Assembly (NCBI GenBank): GCA_039808685.1
Contig: JBDHTM010000014.1
Location: forward strand, 1,617 to 65,616
Source: Bosea sp. (in: a-proteobacteria)
Lineage (GTDB): Bacteria > Pseudomonadota > Alphaproteobacteria > Rhizobiales > Beijerinckiaceae
Direction of reading: 5' to 3'
DNA: 64,000 nucleotides
Shown here: positions 20,744 through 29,652 of the stretch, piece after piece
How the letters are laid out: every line of letters starts with the position of its first letter
Position numbering within the stretch: position 1 is the stretch's first letter
Position numbers and translations under genes: made by a program
Notes under the pieces: model-generated
The model's database searches: none
The model's input: only the letters and a program-made list of their open reading frames with translations
Told to the model about the DNA's origin: nothing

Positions 20744-21082
20744 TCAGGCGATGAAGCGCGCCAGCAGGATGACGAGGATCGCGCCGATGACCGCCATGCC
20801 GGCATCGTCGAGGAAGCTGTAGCCGGTGTTCAGGCGCCAGCCGGTCAGACGCACGATGCCCTGACCGACCAGCATGCCGAGCACGCCCACGACCGCGTGC
20901 CGGATGACGCCGCCACCACCAACGATCAGGCTGGCCGCGAAGCCCGTGACCGTGCCGAAGGCCACGGTCGGCACGATGACGCTCCAGTCGAGCGGCAGCG
21001 TCCGGCGCGGCGGCAGGATTTCGATCTCCTCGTCGCGGACGATGCGATCGGGCTTGGGCGATTTGCGGGTGCGTGGTGGCAT
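20744..21082 (-). CDS. GlsB/YeaQ/YmgE-like membrane protein with charged N-terminal extension
   Basis: Three Gly-rich hydrophobic segments ending AVIGAILVILLARFIA. Confidence 0.7.
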   Translation of the reverse strand: MPPRTRKSPKPDRIVRDEEIEILPPRRTLPLDWSVIVPTVAFGTVTGFAASLIVGGGGVIRHAVVGVLGMLVGQGIVRLTGWRLNTGYSFLDDAGMAVIGAILVILLARFIA

Positions 21083-21139
21083 CGGCGCAATATGAAGCGC
21101 ACATGGGCGGTCGCCAAGGAGCGGCGGCCAGAACCACAC

Positions 21140-21375
21140 CGTCATTCCGGGGCGCGCCGCAGGCGCGAGCCCGGAACCCATGAACACAACGTCCATCATG
21201 TCGGCATGATGCCTGCCGCGTCATGGTCCGGCTTGTCCCGACCATCCACGTCTTCCCTCGTGCCATGCGGCTTCCAAGGCGTGGATGCTCGCCACAAGGG
21301 CGAGCATGACGAGAACTGGAACGGGGTCGCGTTCATGGATTCCGGGCTCGCCGCTGCGCGGCGCCCCGGAATGAC
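21140..21375. repeat. Composite REP-like element with one palindrome nested in another
   Basis: Outer CGTCATTCCGGGGCG...CCCGGAACCCATGAAC / GTTCATGGATTCCGGGCTCG...CGCCCCGGAATGAC. Inner 21219-21311 CGTCATGGTCCGGCTTGTCCCGACCATCCACG...CGTGGATGCTCGCCACAAGGGCGAGCATGACG. Confidence 0.85.
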
Positions 21376-21402
21376 AGGCATGGTGACGTCCGCGGCAAAC
21401 CC

Positions 21403-22842
21403 TCAGGCGTTGAGAACCTTGCCGTAAGCGTCGAGCACGCTTTCCTTCATCACCTCCGACAGGGTCGGATGCGGGAAGATCGTGTGCATCAGCTCTTCCT
21501 CGGTCGTCTCCAGGTTCATGGCGACGACGAAGCCCTGGATCAGCTCGGTCACTTCCGGGCCGACGAGATGCGCGCCGAGCAGCTTGCCGGTCTTGGCGTC
21601 GAAGATCGTCTTGGCCATGCCGCTGTCCTCGCCGAGCGCCACGGCCTTGCCGTTGGCGACGAAGTTGAAGCGGCCGACCTTGATCTCGTGGCCGGCGGCC
21701 TTGGCCTTCGCCTCGGTCAGGCCGACGCTGGCGATCTGCGGGTGGCAATAGGTGCAGCCCGGGATCATCAGCTTGTCCATCGGATGCGGATGCAGGCCCT
21801 TGATCGCCTCGACGCAGATCACCGCCTCATGCTCGGCCTTGTGGGCCAGCATCGGCGGGCCGGCGACGTCGCCGATCGCATAGACGCCCTTGACGTTGGT
21901 CCGGCAGAGATCGTCGATGACGATGCAGCCGCGATCGGTCTTCACGCCGAGCGCCTCAAGCCCGAGATTCTCGATATTGCCAACGACGCCGACGGCCGAG
22001 ATCATCCGGTCCGCCGTGATCGTCTGCTTGCCGCCCTTCTCGTCCTCGATATGGGCGGTGACGGAGTCCGCGCCCTTCTCGACCTTCGTCACCTTGGCGC
22101 TGGTGATGATCTTCATGCCCTGCTTCTCGAAGGCCTTGCGGGCGAAGGCGCCGATCTCGGCATCCTCGACCGGCACGACCTGCGGCATGACCTCGACCAC
22201 GGTCACCTCGACGCCCATCGTCCGGTAGAACGAGGCGAACTCGATGCCGATGGCGCCGGAGCCCATCACGAGCAGCGATTTCGGCATCTTGGCCGGCACC
22301 ATCGACTCGAAATAGGTCCAGATCAGCTTGCCGTCCGGCTCGAGACCGGGCAGCGCGCGCGGCCTTGCGCCAGTCGCGACGATGATATGGTCGGCGGTAT
22401 AGGTGCCCTCGCCCTTGGCGTTCTTCGGCGGCGGCACTTGCGGCTGCATCGCCGGCTTCTTCGTCGGCGCGACCGTGATCGTGCCGGGCTTCACCAGCTT
22501 CGCCTCACCCCAGATCACGTCGACCTTGTTCTTCTTCATCAGGAACTGGACGCCGTTGTTCATCCGCGCGGCGATGCCGCGCGAACGCTTCACGATCGCC
22601 TCCAGATCGGCCTTGAACGAGCCTTCCAGCGTCAGGCCGTAATCCTTGGCGTGCTGCCCGTAATGCAGGATCTCGGCGGAGCGCAGCAGCGCCTTGGTCG
22701 GGATGCAGCCCCAGTTCGAGCAGATGCCGGCAAGGTGCTCGCGCTCGACGATCGCGGTCTTGAAGCCGAGCTGCGCTGCCCGGATCGCGGCGATATAGCC
22801 GCCGGGGCCGGAGCCGATGACGATGATGTCGTAGTCAGCCAT
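21403..22842 (-). CDS. lpdA: Dihydrolipoyl dehydrogenase (E3)
   Basis: GSGPGG, CSNWGCIPTK, GSGAIG and HPTLSE motifs. Confidence 0.96.
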   Translation of the reverse strand: MADYDIIVIGSGPGGYIAAIRAAQLGFKTAIVEREHLAGICSNWGCIPTKALLRSAEILHYGQHAKDYGLTLEGSFKADLEAIVKRSRGIAARMNNGVQFLMKKNKVDVIWGEAKLVKPGTITVAPTKKPAMQPQVPPPKNAKGEGTYTADHIIVATGARPRALPGLEPDGKLIWTYFESMVPAKMPKSLLVMGSGAIGIEFASFYRTMGVEVTVVEVMPQVVPVEDAEIGAFARKAFEKQGMKIITSAKVTKVEKGADSVTAHIEDEKGGKQTITADRMISAVGVVGNIENLGLEALGVKTDRGCIVIDDLCRTNVKGVYAIGDVAGPPMLAHKAEHEAVICVEAIKGLHPHPMDKLMIPGCTYCHPQIASVGLTEAKAKAAGHEIKVGRFNFVANGKAVALGEDSGMAKTIFDAKTGKLLGAHLVGPEVTELIQGFVVAMNLETTEEELMHTIFPHPTLSEVMKESVLDAYGKVLNA

Positions 22843-22859
22843 GGTTTCTCTCCCGCCGC

Positions 22860-24212
22860 TCAGACCAGCATCGCCATGGGCTTTTCGATATAGCCCTTGA
22901 ACGCCTGCAGGAGCTCGGCGCCGAGCGCGCCGTCGACGGCGCGGTGGTCGGTCGAGAGCGTCACCGACATTACCGTCGCCACGGCCGGCTGGCCGCCCTT
23001 GACGATGACGCGCTGCTCGCCGGCGCCTACCGCCAGGATCGTCGCATGCGGCGGGTTCACCACCGCGGCGAAGTCCTTGACCCCGAACATGCCGAGATTG
23101 GAGACCGCCGTCGTGCCGCCCTGATACTCTTCGGGCTTGAGCTTGCGGGCCTTGGCGCGGGCCGCCATGTCCTTCATCTCGTTCGAGATCTGCGACAACG
23201 TCTTGTGGCAGGCATCGCGGATGATCGGCGTAATCAGGCCGCCCGGTATCGAGACGGCGACGCCGACATCGGCATGCTTGTGCTTGAGCATGGCGCCTTC
23301 GGTCCAGGAGACATTGGCGTCCGGCACGGCCTTGAGGGCGAGCGCCAGCGCCTTGATCACCATGTCGTTGACCGAGAGCTTATAGGCCGGCTTGCCGTCC
23401 TTCTCCGGCGCCGCCGCATTGAGCTCTGCGCGCAGCTTCAGCAGTGCGTCGAGCTCGCAATCGAGCGTGACGTAGAAATGCGGGATCGTCTGCTTGGCCT
23501 CGGTCAGGCGGCGCGCGATCGTCTTGCGCATGCCGTCATGCGGGATCTCCTCGTAGGAGCCCGGCTCGAACAGCTTCTTGACCTGCTCGTCGGAGGGGCC
23601 GCTTGCGAGCGGCGCAGCCGCAGGCTTGGCGGCCGGAGCCCCGGCGGGAGCGGCAGCCGGGGCGGCCTTGGCGCCGCCGCCCTTCTTGGCGGCCTCGACG
23701 TCTTTCTCGACGATGCGGCCATGCGGACCGGAACCCTTGATCGCATTGAGGTCGAGCCCGGCATCCTTGGCGATGCGGCGGGCGAGCGGTGAGGCGAAGG
23801 CACGGCTGCCGCCAGCAGAAGCCGGAGCTACCGCGGGCGCGGCTGCAGCCGGTGCGGGAGCCGCAGCGGCAGCCGGAGCCTCAGCCTTCGGCGCTTCGGC
23901 CTGGGGGGCCTCCGCCTTGGCGGGCGCAGCGCCACCGGCGGCCGGAGCGGAGATGCTCTTGGCATCCTCCCCCTCGCCTGCGATCACGCCGATCACGTCG
24001 TTGACCGCGACATCGGCCGTGCCTTCCGGCACTACGATCTTGGCAAGCACGCCCTCGTCGACCGCCTCGACCTCCATCGTGGCCTTGTCGGTCTCGATCT
24101 CGGCGATGATGTCGCCGGACTTGATGGTGTCGCCTTCCTTCTTCAGCCACTTGGCGAGATTGCCCTTCTCCATCGTCGGAGAGAGCGCGGGCATCAGGAT
24201 GTTGGTCGGCAT
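22860..24212 (-). CDS. pdhC: Pyruvate dehydrogenase E2 dihydrolipoamide acetyltransferase
   Basis: Lipoyl domain ETDKATME, E3-binding ASPLARR and catalytic DHRAVDGA. Confidence 0.96.
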   Translation of the reverse strand: MPTNILMPALSPTMEKGNLAKWLKKEGDTIKSGDIIAEIETDKATMEVEAVDEGVLAKIVVPEGTADVAVNDVIGVIAGEGEDAKSISAPAAGGAAPAKAEAPQAEAPKAEAPAAAAAPAPAAAAPAVAPASAGGSRAFASPLARRIAKDAGLDLNAIKGSGPHGRIVEKDVEAAKKGGGAKAAPAAAPAGAPAAKPAAAPLASGPSDEQVKKLFEPGSYEEIPHDGMRKTIARRLTEAKQTIPHFYVTLDCELDALLKLRAELNAAAPEKDGKPAYKLSVNDMVIKALALALKAVPDANVSWTEGAMLKHKHADVGVAVSIPGGLITPIIRDACHKTLSQISNEMKDMAARAKARKLKPEEYQGGTTAVSNLGMFGVKDFAAVVNPPHATILAVGAGEQRVIVKGGQPAVATVMSVTLSTDHRAVDGALGAELLQAFKGYIEKPMAMLV

Positions 24213-24224
24213 CGGTCAGCCCTC

Positions 24225-25622
<1,398 letters not shown>

Positions 25623-25682
25623 GAACGCACCCGGATTCTAGACGCGGGGAAAGACGGTGAGGAGGCGGGAGGCGCTGGGCCG

Positions 25683-26780
25683 TCAGCCCTGCGCCGGCTC
25701 CAGCAGGATGTCGGTGTAGAGCTCGGACGGATCGGGCTCCGGATCATGCGTCGCGAACTCGGCCGCGTCGTTGACGATCTCGCGCACCTTGGCGTCGATC
25801 GCCTTGAGCTCGTCCTCGCCGATCTTGAAGTCGCGGATCAGGCGGGCGCGCACCTGCTCGATCGGATCGTGCTCCTCGCGCATGCGCTGGACTTCGTCCT
25901 TGGAGCGATACTTGGCCGGGTCCGACATCGAATGGCCGCGATAGCGATAGGTCTGCATCTCCAGGATATACGGCCCCTTGCCGGAGCGGGCGTGCTCGAT
26001 GGCGCGCAGCGCCGCCTCGCGCACGGCGCGGACATCCATGCCGTCGACCTGTTCGCCCGGGATGCCGAAGGAGACGCCGCGGCGGGAGAAATCGGTCTGG
26101 GCCGAGGCGCGGCTCACCGCCGTGCCCATGGCATAGCGGTTGTTCTCGATCACGAACACGACCGGCAGCTTCCAGAGCTGGGCCATGTTGAAGCTCTCGT
26201 AGACTTGGCCCTGGTTGGCCGCGCCGTCGCCGAAATAGGTGAGCGAAACCGTCTTGTCGTCGCGATACCAGTCGGCGAAAGCGAGACCCGTTCCGAGGGA
26301 GACCTGCGCCCCGACGATGCCGTGGCCGCCGTAGAAATTCTTCTCGCGGCTGAACATATGCATCGAGCCGCCCTTGCCGCGCGAATAGCCGCCGCGCCGA
26401 CCGGTCAGCTCCGCCATCACGCCGCGCGATTCCATGCCGCAGGCCAGCATATGGCCGTGGTCACGATAGCCGGTGATGACCTGATCGCCGTCCTTGGAGG
26501 CCATCTGCATGCCGATGACGACGGCTTCCTGGCCGATATAGAGGTGGCAGAAGCCGCCGATCAGGCCCATGCCGTACATCTGTCCGGCCTTCTCCTCGAA
26601 GCGCCGGATCAGCAGCATCTCGCGATAGGCGTGGAGGTCTTCTTCCCGGGTGAAGGTCGGTGTGTTGCTGAGGGCTCCCGCGACCTTGCCGGCGCCTTCC
26701 TTGGCCGCGCGGGCCTTCGCCGGCTTTGCAGCGGCTTTGGGTAGAGCGGGAGCTTTCGACTTACGCGCAGCAACAGCCAT
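25683..26780 (-). CDS. pdhA: Pyruvate dehydrogenase E1 alpha subunit
   Basis: GFCHLYIGQEA, GDGAANQGQ...ENN (TPP motif) and YRGHSMSDP. Confidence 0.96.
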   Translation of the reverse strand: MAVAARKSKAPALPKAAAKPAKARAAKEGAGKVAGALSNTPTFTREEDLHAYREMLLIRRFEEKAGQMYGMGLIGGFCHLYIGQEAVVIGMQMASKDGDQVITGYRDHGHMLACGMESRGVMAELTGRRGGYSRGKGGSMHMFSREKNFYGGHGIVGAQVSLGTGLAFADWYRDDKTVSLTYFGDGAANQGQVYESFNMAQLWKLPVVFVIENNRYAMGTAVSRASAQTDFSRRGVSFGIPGEQVDGMDVRAVREAALRAIEHARSGKGPYILEMQTYRYRGHSMSDPAKYRSKDEVQRMREEHDPIEQVRARLIRDFKIGEDELKAIDAKVREIVNDAAEFATHDPEPDPSELYTDILLEPAQG

Positions 26781-27054
26781 AGGCGGTCCTCCAAGGTCAT
26801 CCAACTATTGTTGTAGAGGATCGGAAAAACCTTGGCGAGCACGCTATCTCGCAATGCAACATGCTCCAACCCATTGAAAAACAAGGGCCGGCATCCATTA
26901 ACTTGATTCGAGTTAATTGATACGTCTGAGACTAAGCGTAGCGGCTTTTGGAACACTCGAACCGAAAGCTGGAACTTGCCTGCGATGCACCCTCGCGCCG
27001 AAAGGACGACGCCGACCGCCGCCCCGCCCCACGAAAGCGCGCGGCCACCGGAGC

Positions 27055-27366
27055 TCAACGCCCCATGATGACGACGTCGTTCTTGTGCGTCCGCCCGAGG
27101 ATCTCGCGGGCATTCTCTTCCAGGAGGTCGCGATCAACGGACTCGTTGCGCACCAGGGCGAGCTTCTGCTCCCAGGATTTGCGTTCGGCGACGAGGGTGG
27201 CGAGTTCGCCCTCCATATCGCGCAGCGACTCCCGGATCGCACCACGCGCCTCGAGGCCACGGGCACCATGCTGGGCATGAAACATGAAATAGCTCACAGC
27301 CGCTCCCGACACGAGGTAGAGAGCCAATGTCACGAAGATCGACCGAAGACCGCGGCGAATAACCAT
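27055..27366 (-). CDS. Septum formation initiator (FtsB/DivIC family)
   Basis: One TM segment, a coiled coil and DRDLLEENAREILG; usual position upstream of pdhA. Confidence 0.82.
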   Translation of the reverse strand: MVIRRGLRSIFVTLALYLVSGAAVSYFMFHAQHGARGLEARGAIRESLRDMEGELATLVAERKSWEQKLALVRNESVDRDLLEENAREILGRTHKNDVVIMGR

Positions 27367-27464
27367 GGCGAAAACGCTATGGCCGACTTGGTTTCCGACA
27401 GGTTAACGCGCTCTGGCAAAGTCGAGGGGCGATGCCATAAAAGCCACATGGATCATAGCCTGCG

Positions 27465-27539
27465 TGGTGAGCGGGGAGGGGATCGAACCCTCGACCACAT
27501 GATTAAAAGTCACGTGCTCTACCACTGAGCTACCCGCCC
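27465..27539 (-). tRNA. tRNA-Lys (anticodon TTT)
   Basis: GGGCGGGTAGCTCAGTGGTAGAGCACGTGACTTTTAATCATGTGGTCGAGGGTTCGATCCCCTCCCCGCTCACCA folds as a cloverleaf with GTTCGA T-loop and encoded CCA. Confidence 0.96.
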
Positions 27540-27551
27540 TCACCGGGCCGC

Positions 27552-27580
27552 TGAATACGGAGCCGAGCGGCGCCGGTCAA
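27552..27580 (-). promoter_or_regulatory. Sigma70-type promoter for tRNA-Lys
   Basis: Minus-strand TTGACC-N17-TATTCA just upstream of the tRNA. Confidence 0.6.
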
Positions 27581-27627
27581 CTCGTTCCGTGAAGATTGGC
27601 CACAACGGCGCCGCTTCCTCACATCTT

Positions 27628-27912
27628 TCAGCCGAGCCGCCGGGTCACGCCGCCTCCCTTGTGCCCGCGTCCATAAGGAGCGGCCGGTGGCGCGGGCAGC
27701 AGATAGGCGCCCCCTGCCCCGCTGAGCACCGGCCAGCCGGGATCGGCATAGGCATTGAGCTCCCAGCAGCGCAGGCGCTCGCGCTCCGCGTTGCTCGTGG
27801 CATCCGAGCAGGCCGAAACCTGCGAACGCTGCCAGAACGCCGATGCTGGCCCGCAGGCGGCGGCGATCATCGCCGTCGATAGGCAGGCCGGAATCAGAAA
27901 GCCACGCATCAT
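27628..27912 (-). CDS. Small exported hypothetical protein
   Basis: RBS GGAAGG; signal peptide ending ASA; two Cys in the mature part; basic C-terminal VTRRLG. Confidence 0.6.
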   Translation of the reverse strand: MMRGFLIPACLSTAMIAAACGPASAFWQRSQVSACSDATSNAERERLRCWELNAYADPGWPVLSGAGGAYLLPAPPAAPYGRGHKGGGVTRRLG

Positions 27913-28098
27913 CCGTCCTTCCGACGCCTTGCACGCAACTGAAGAACATTCATGATGCCAGCCGCCTTCTTGCTGAAGGCTTAAATCGAATGTGGCTGCC
28001 GACAGCGCCGCTTTGCGCCGGTCACGGCCGTACATCAAAGGCGTGGCGCGAGTTGTCCTCTGCGCCGCGAGTATCGGCAGCGAGGCACCGCCCGGAAA

Positions 28099-28124
28099 GG
28101 AACCCGCCCCGATCGACGGGCGTT
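28099..28124 (+). promoter_or_regulatory. EcfG-type promoter
   Basis: GGAAC-N17-CGTT about 100 bp upstream of the 55-aa ORF. Confidence 0.65.
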
Positions 28125-28222
28125 CGGATCGACGCCGGCCGTCGACCGAGCGATCGCGAAAGGACGACATGGCCGGCCAGCTAGTCCAAGCGCGCCCGCT
28201 TCGCTGCCAAGGAGAACCAACC

Positions 28223-28390
28223 GTGAAGCTTCCCATCGTGATCCACACCGAGGAAGACTACGATCGCGCGCAGCAGCGGGTGGAAGAGCTCAATGCGCTG
28301 CCGAGCAGCGCCGAGAAGGAGCGCGAACTGCAAGCGCTGGCCGAGGCCATGCTGGCCTTCGAGCTGCGACGCGACGAGTCGGACGACTGA
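28223..28390 (+). CDS. Small acidic helical hypothetical protein (55 aa)
   Basis: Strong RBS AAGGAGA, GTG start, host-like GC3 codon usage; MKLPIVIHTEEDYDRAQQRVEEL... Confidence 0.7.
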   Translation: MKLPIVIHTEEDYDRAQQRVEELNALPSSAEKERELQALAEAMLAFELRRDESDD

Positions 28391-28528
28391 CAGCCGTTTG
28401 GCACTTGAGGAGTCATTCCCTTGGGAATGGCGTCTCGAAGGATGCTTGGGGAGGCTCCGGACACATCTGGAGCATCCTTCGGGACGCGATCTGCGATGGA
28501 GGGCTGAGGTGCCAAACAGCTCTGACAG
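28387..28528. repeat. Long imperfect palindrome (REP/MITE-like) with terminal inverted repeats
   Basis: GCCGTTTGGCAC...GTGCCAAACAGC ends; inner CGTCTCGAAGGATGCT...AGCATCCTTCGGGACG; CTGACAG on both flanks. Confidence 0.7.
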
Positions 28529-28547
28529 AAACTGGCCTTCCTGAAAC

Positions 28548-28751
28548 TCAGGAATCGTTGCTTGCGTTGAGTTCCTCGGGGCGAAGTCCCTCATCCGGCT
28601 CGACGAGATGCTCCGGGCTGGCCGCCCAAGCTGCGAGGATCTCGCCGATAAGCTCGGTCCGCGAGCCTCCCCGCCGATGAATTGCGATATAGTGGTCCAG
28701 CGCGGCCACTATGCGCTCGTCCACGGACAGCATGACAGGAACAGCGGCCAT
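28548..28751 (-). CDS. Small hypothetical protein, possibly ribbon-helix-helix
   Basis: Beta-strand then AALDHY...SRTELIGEIL, an RHH-like pattern; C-terminal DEGLRPEELNASND. Confidence 0.6.
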   Translation of the reverse strand: MAAVPVMLSVDERIVAALDHYIAIHRRGGSRTELIGEILAAWAASPEHLVEPDEGLRPEELNASNDS

Positions 28752-28776
28752 CGAAGTACCTCGCGGAACCGAGGAG

Positions 28777-28801
28777 GGAACCGTGTCGCGGTAGCGACGT
28801 T
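28777..28801 (+). promoter_or_regulatory. EcfG-type promoter
   Basis: GGAAC-N16-CGTT, about 230 bp upstream of the PRC-barrel gene. A weaker TGAAC-N16-TGTT lies at 28961-28985. Confidence 0.55.
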
Positions 28802-29028
28802 TTCAGAAGAAGGCATTGGAGCACAGCTTCAGCCGTCAATCAAATATCCGGCACGATCAAGCACCGGTGGCCGGGAAGTGGAATTGCGTCGCCTGAACTC
28901 CCCATTATGCGCAAGAATGCGTAAGAATTCAGCTACGCGAAAAATGGCATCGCGAATAAATGAACAAACGGACCTCTTGCTTGTTGTCGAAACGACCCGC
29001 TTGAAGCGGAAACATTCTGGAGGAAGAT

Positions 29029-29577
29029 ATGATCAGGCATCATCACTTCATGTTGTCAGCCGTTGGTGTGGCGATGCTCGCCTCGGCCGCGATCGCTCAG
29101 ACCAGCGCGCCGACGCCGCCCTCCTCTGCTCCCGCCGCGCCGGCTGCCACCCAATCGAGCGCCAGTGCCCCGGCGCAGGTCAATCTCTCCGGCCAGGGCA
29201 AATGGCGCACGAGCAAGCTGATCGGCGTCGATATCTATGGCCCCGACGACAAGAAGGTCGGCGACGTCACCGAGGTGATCGTCGACAAGTCTGGCAAGGT
29301 CGAAATGGTCACGATCGGCGTGGGCGGCTTCCTCGGCATCGGCTCGAAGGACGTTGCGGTCCCCTTTGACCAGGTGACCTGGAGCGACCAGCCGATCGCC
29401 CCGCCGGCCCCTGCCCCCGCCCCATCCGGCAGCGCGAGCAGCACGGGCAGCGGCATGGCCTCTCCGCCGCCGGCCGCGGCTCCGAGAGCGCCGGCCATGT
29501 ATCCGGACCACGGCAAGATCACGTTGACCAAGGAGCAGCTCAAGGCCGCTCCGAGCGTGACCTATTCCGGCACCTGA
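29029..29577 (+). CDS. Exported PRC-barrel domain protein
   Basis: Signal peptide; WRTSKLIGVDIYG...KVGDV...IGVGGFLGIGSKDVAVPF; TKEQLKAAP. Confidence 0.9.
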   Translation: MIRHHHFMLSAVGVAMLASAAIAQTSAPTPPSSAPAAPAATQSSASAPAQVNLSGQGKWRTSKLIGVDIYGPDDKKVGDVTEVIVDKSGKVEMVTIGVGGFLGIGSKDVAVPFDQVTWSDQPIAPPAPAPAPSGSASSTGSGMASPPPAAAPRAPAMYPDHGKITLTKEQLKAAPSVTYSGT

Positions 29578-29600
29578 CGACCGTTGCCGCTCTGCGGCTG

Positions 29601-29638
29601 GAAAGGCCCGCCTCGTGAGAACGGGGCGGGCTTTTTCA
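29601..29638. terminator. Intrinsic terminator, probably bidirectional
   Basis: GAAAGGCCCGCCTCG-tgagaa-CGGGGCGGGCTTTTTC between convergent genes. Confidence 0.8.
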
Positions 29639-29652
29639 TGCCCGTCGTCGCC

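Noticed and set aside
20613-21375. Clustered palindromes considered as a CRISPR array
   Set aside because: There are no identical direct repeats with regular unique spacers and no cas genes. These are REP-like inverted repeats.
23578-23960. Low-complexity GCC/GCG-rich repeats in pdhC (also in pdhB and the PRC-barrel gene)
   Set aside because: They encode ordinary Ala/Pro-rich linkers.
27465-29577. Possible genomic island integrated at tRNA-Lys
   Set aside because: There is no integrase and no duplicated tRNA 3' end. The small genes lie on the 5' side of the tRNA, while its 3' side leads directly to core genes.
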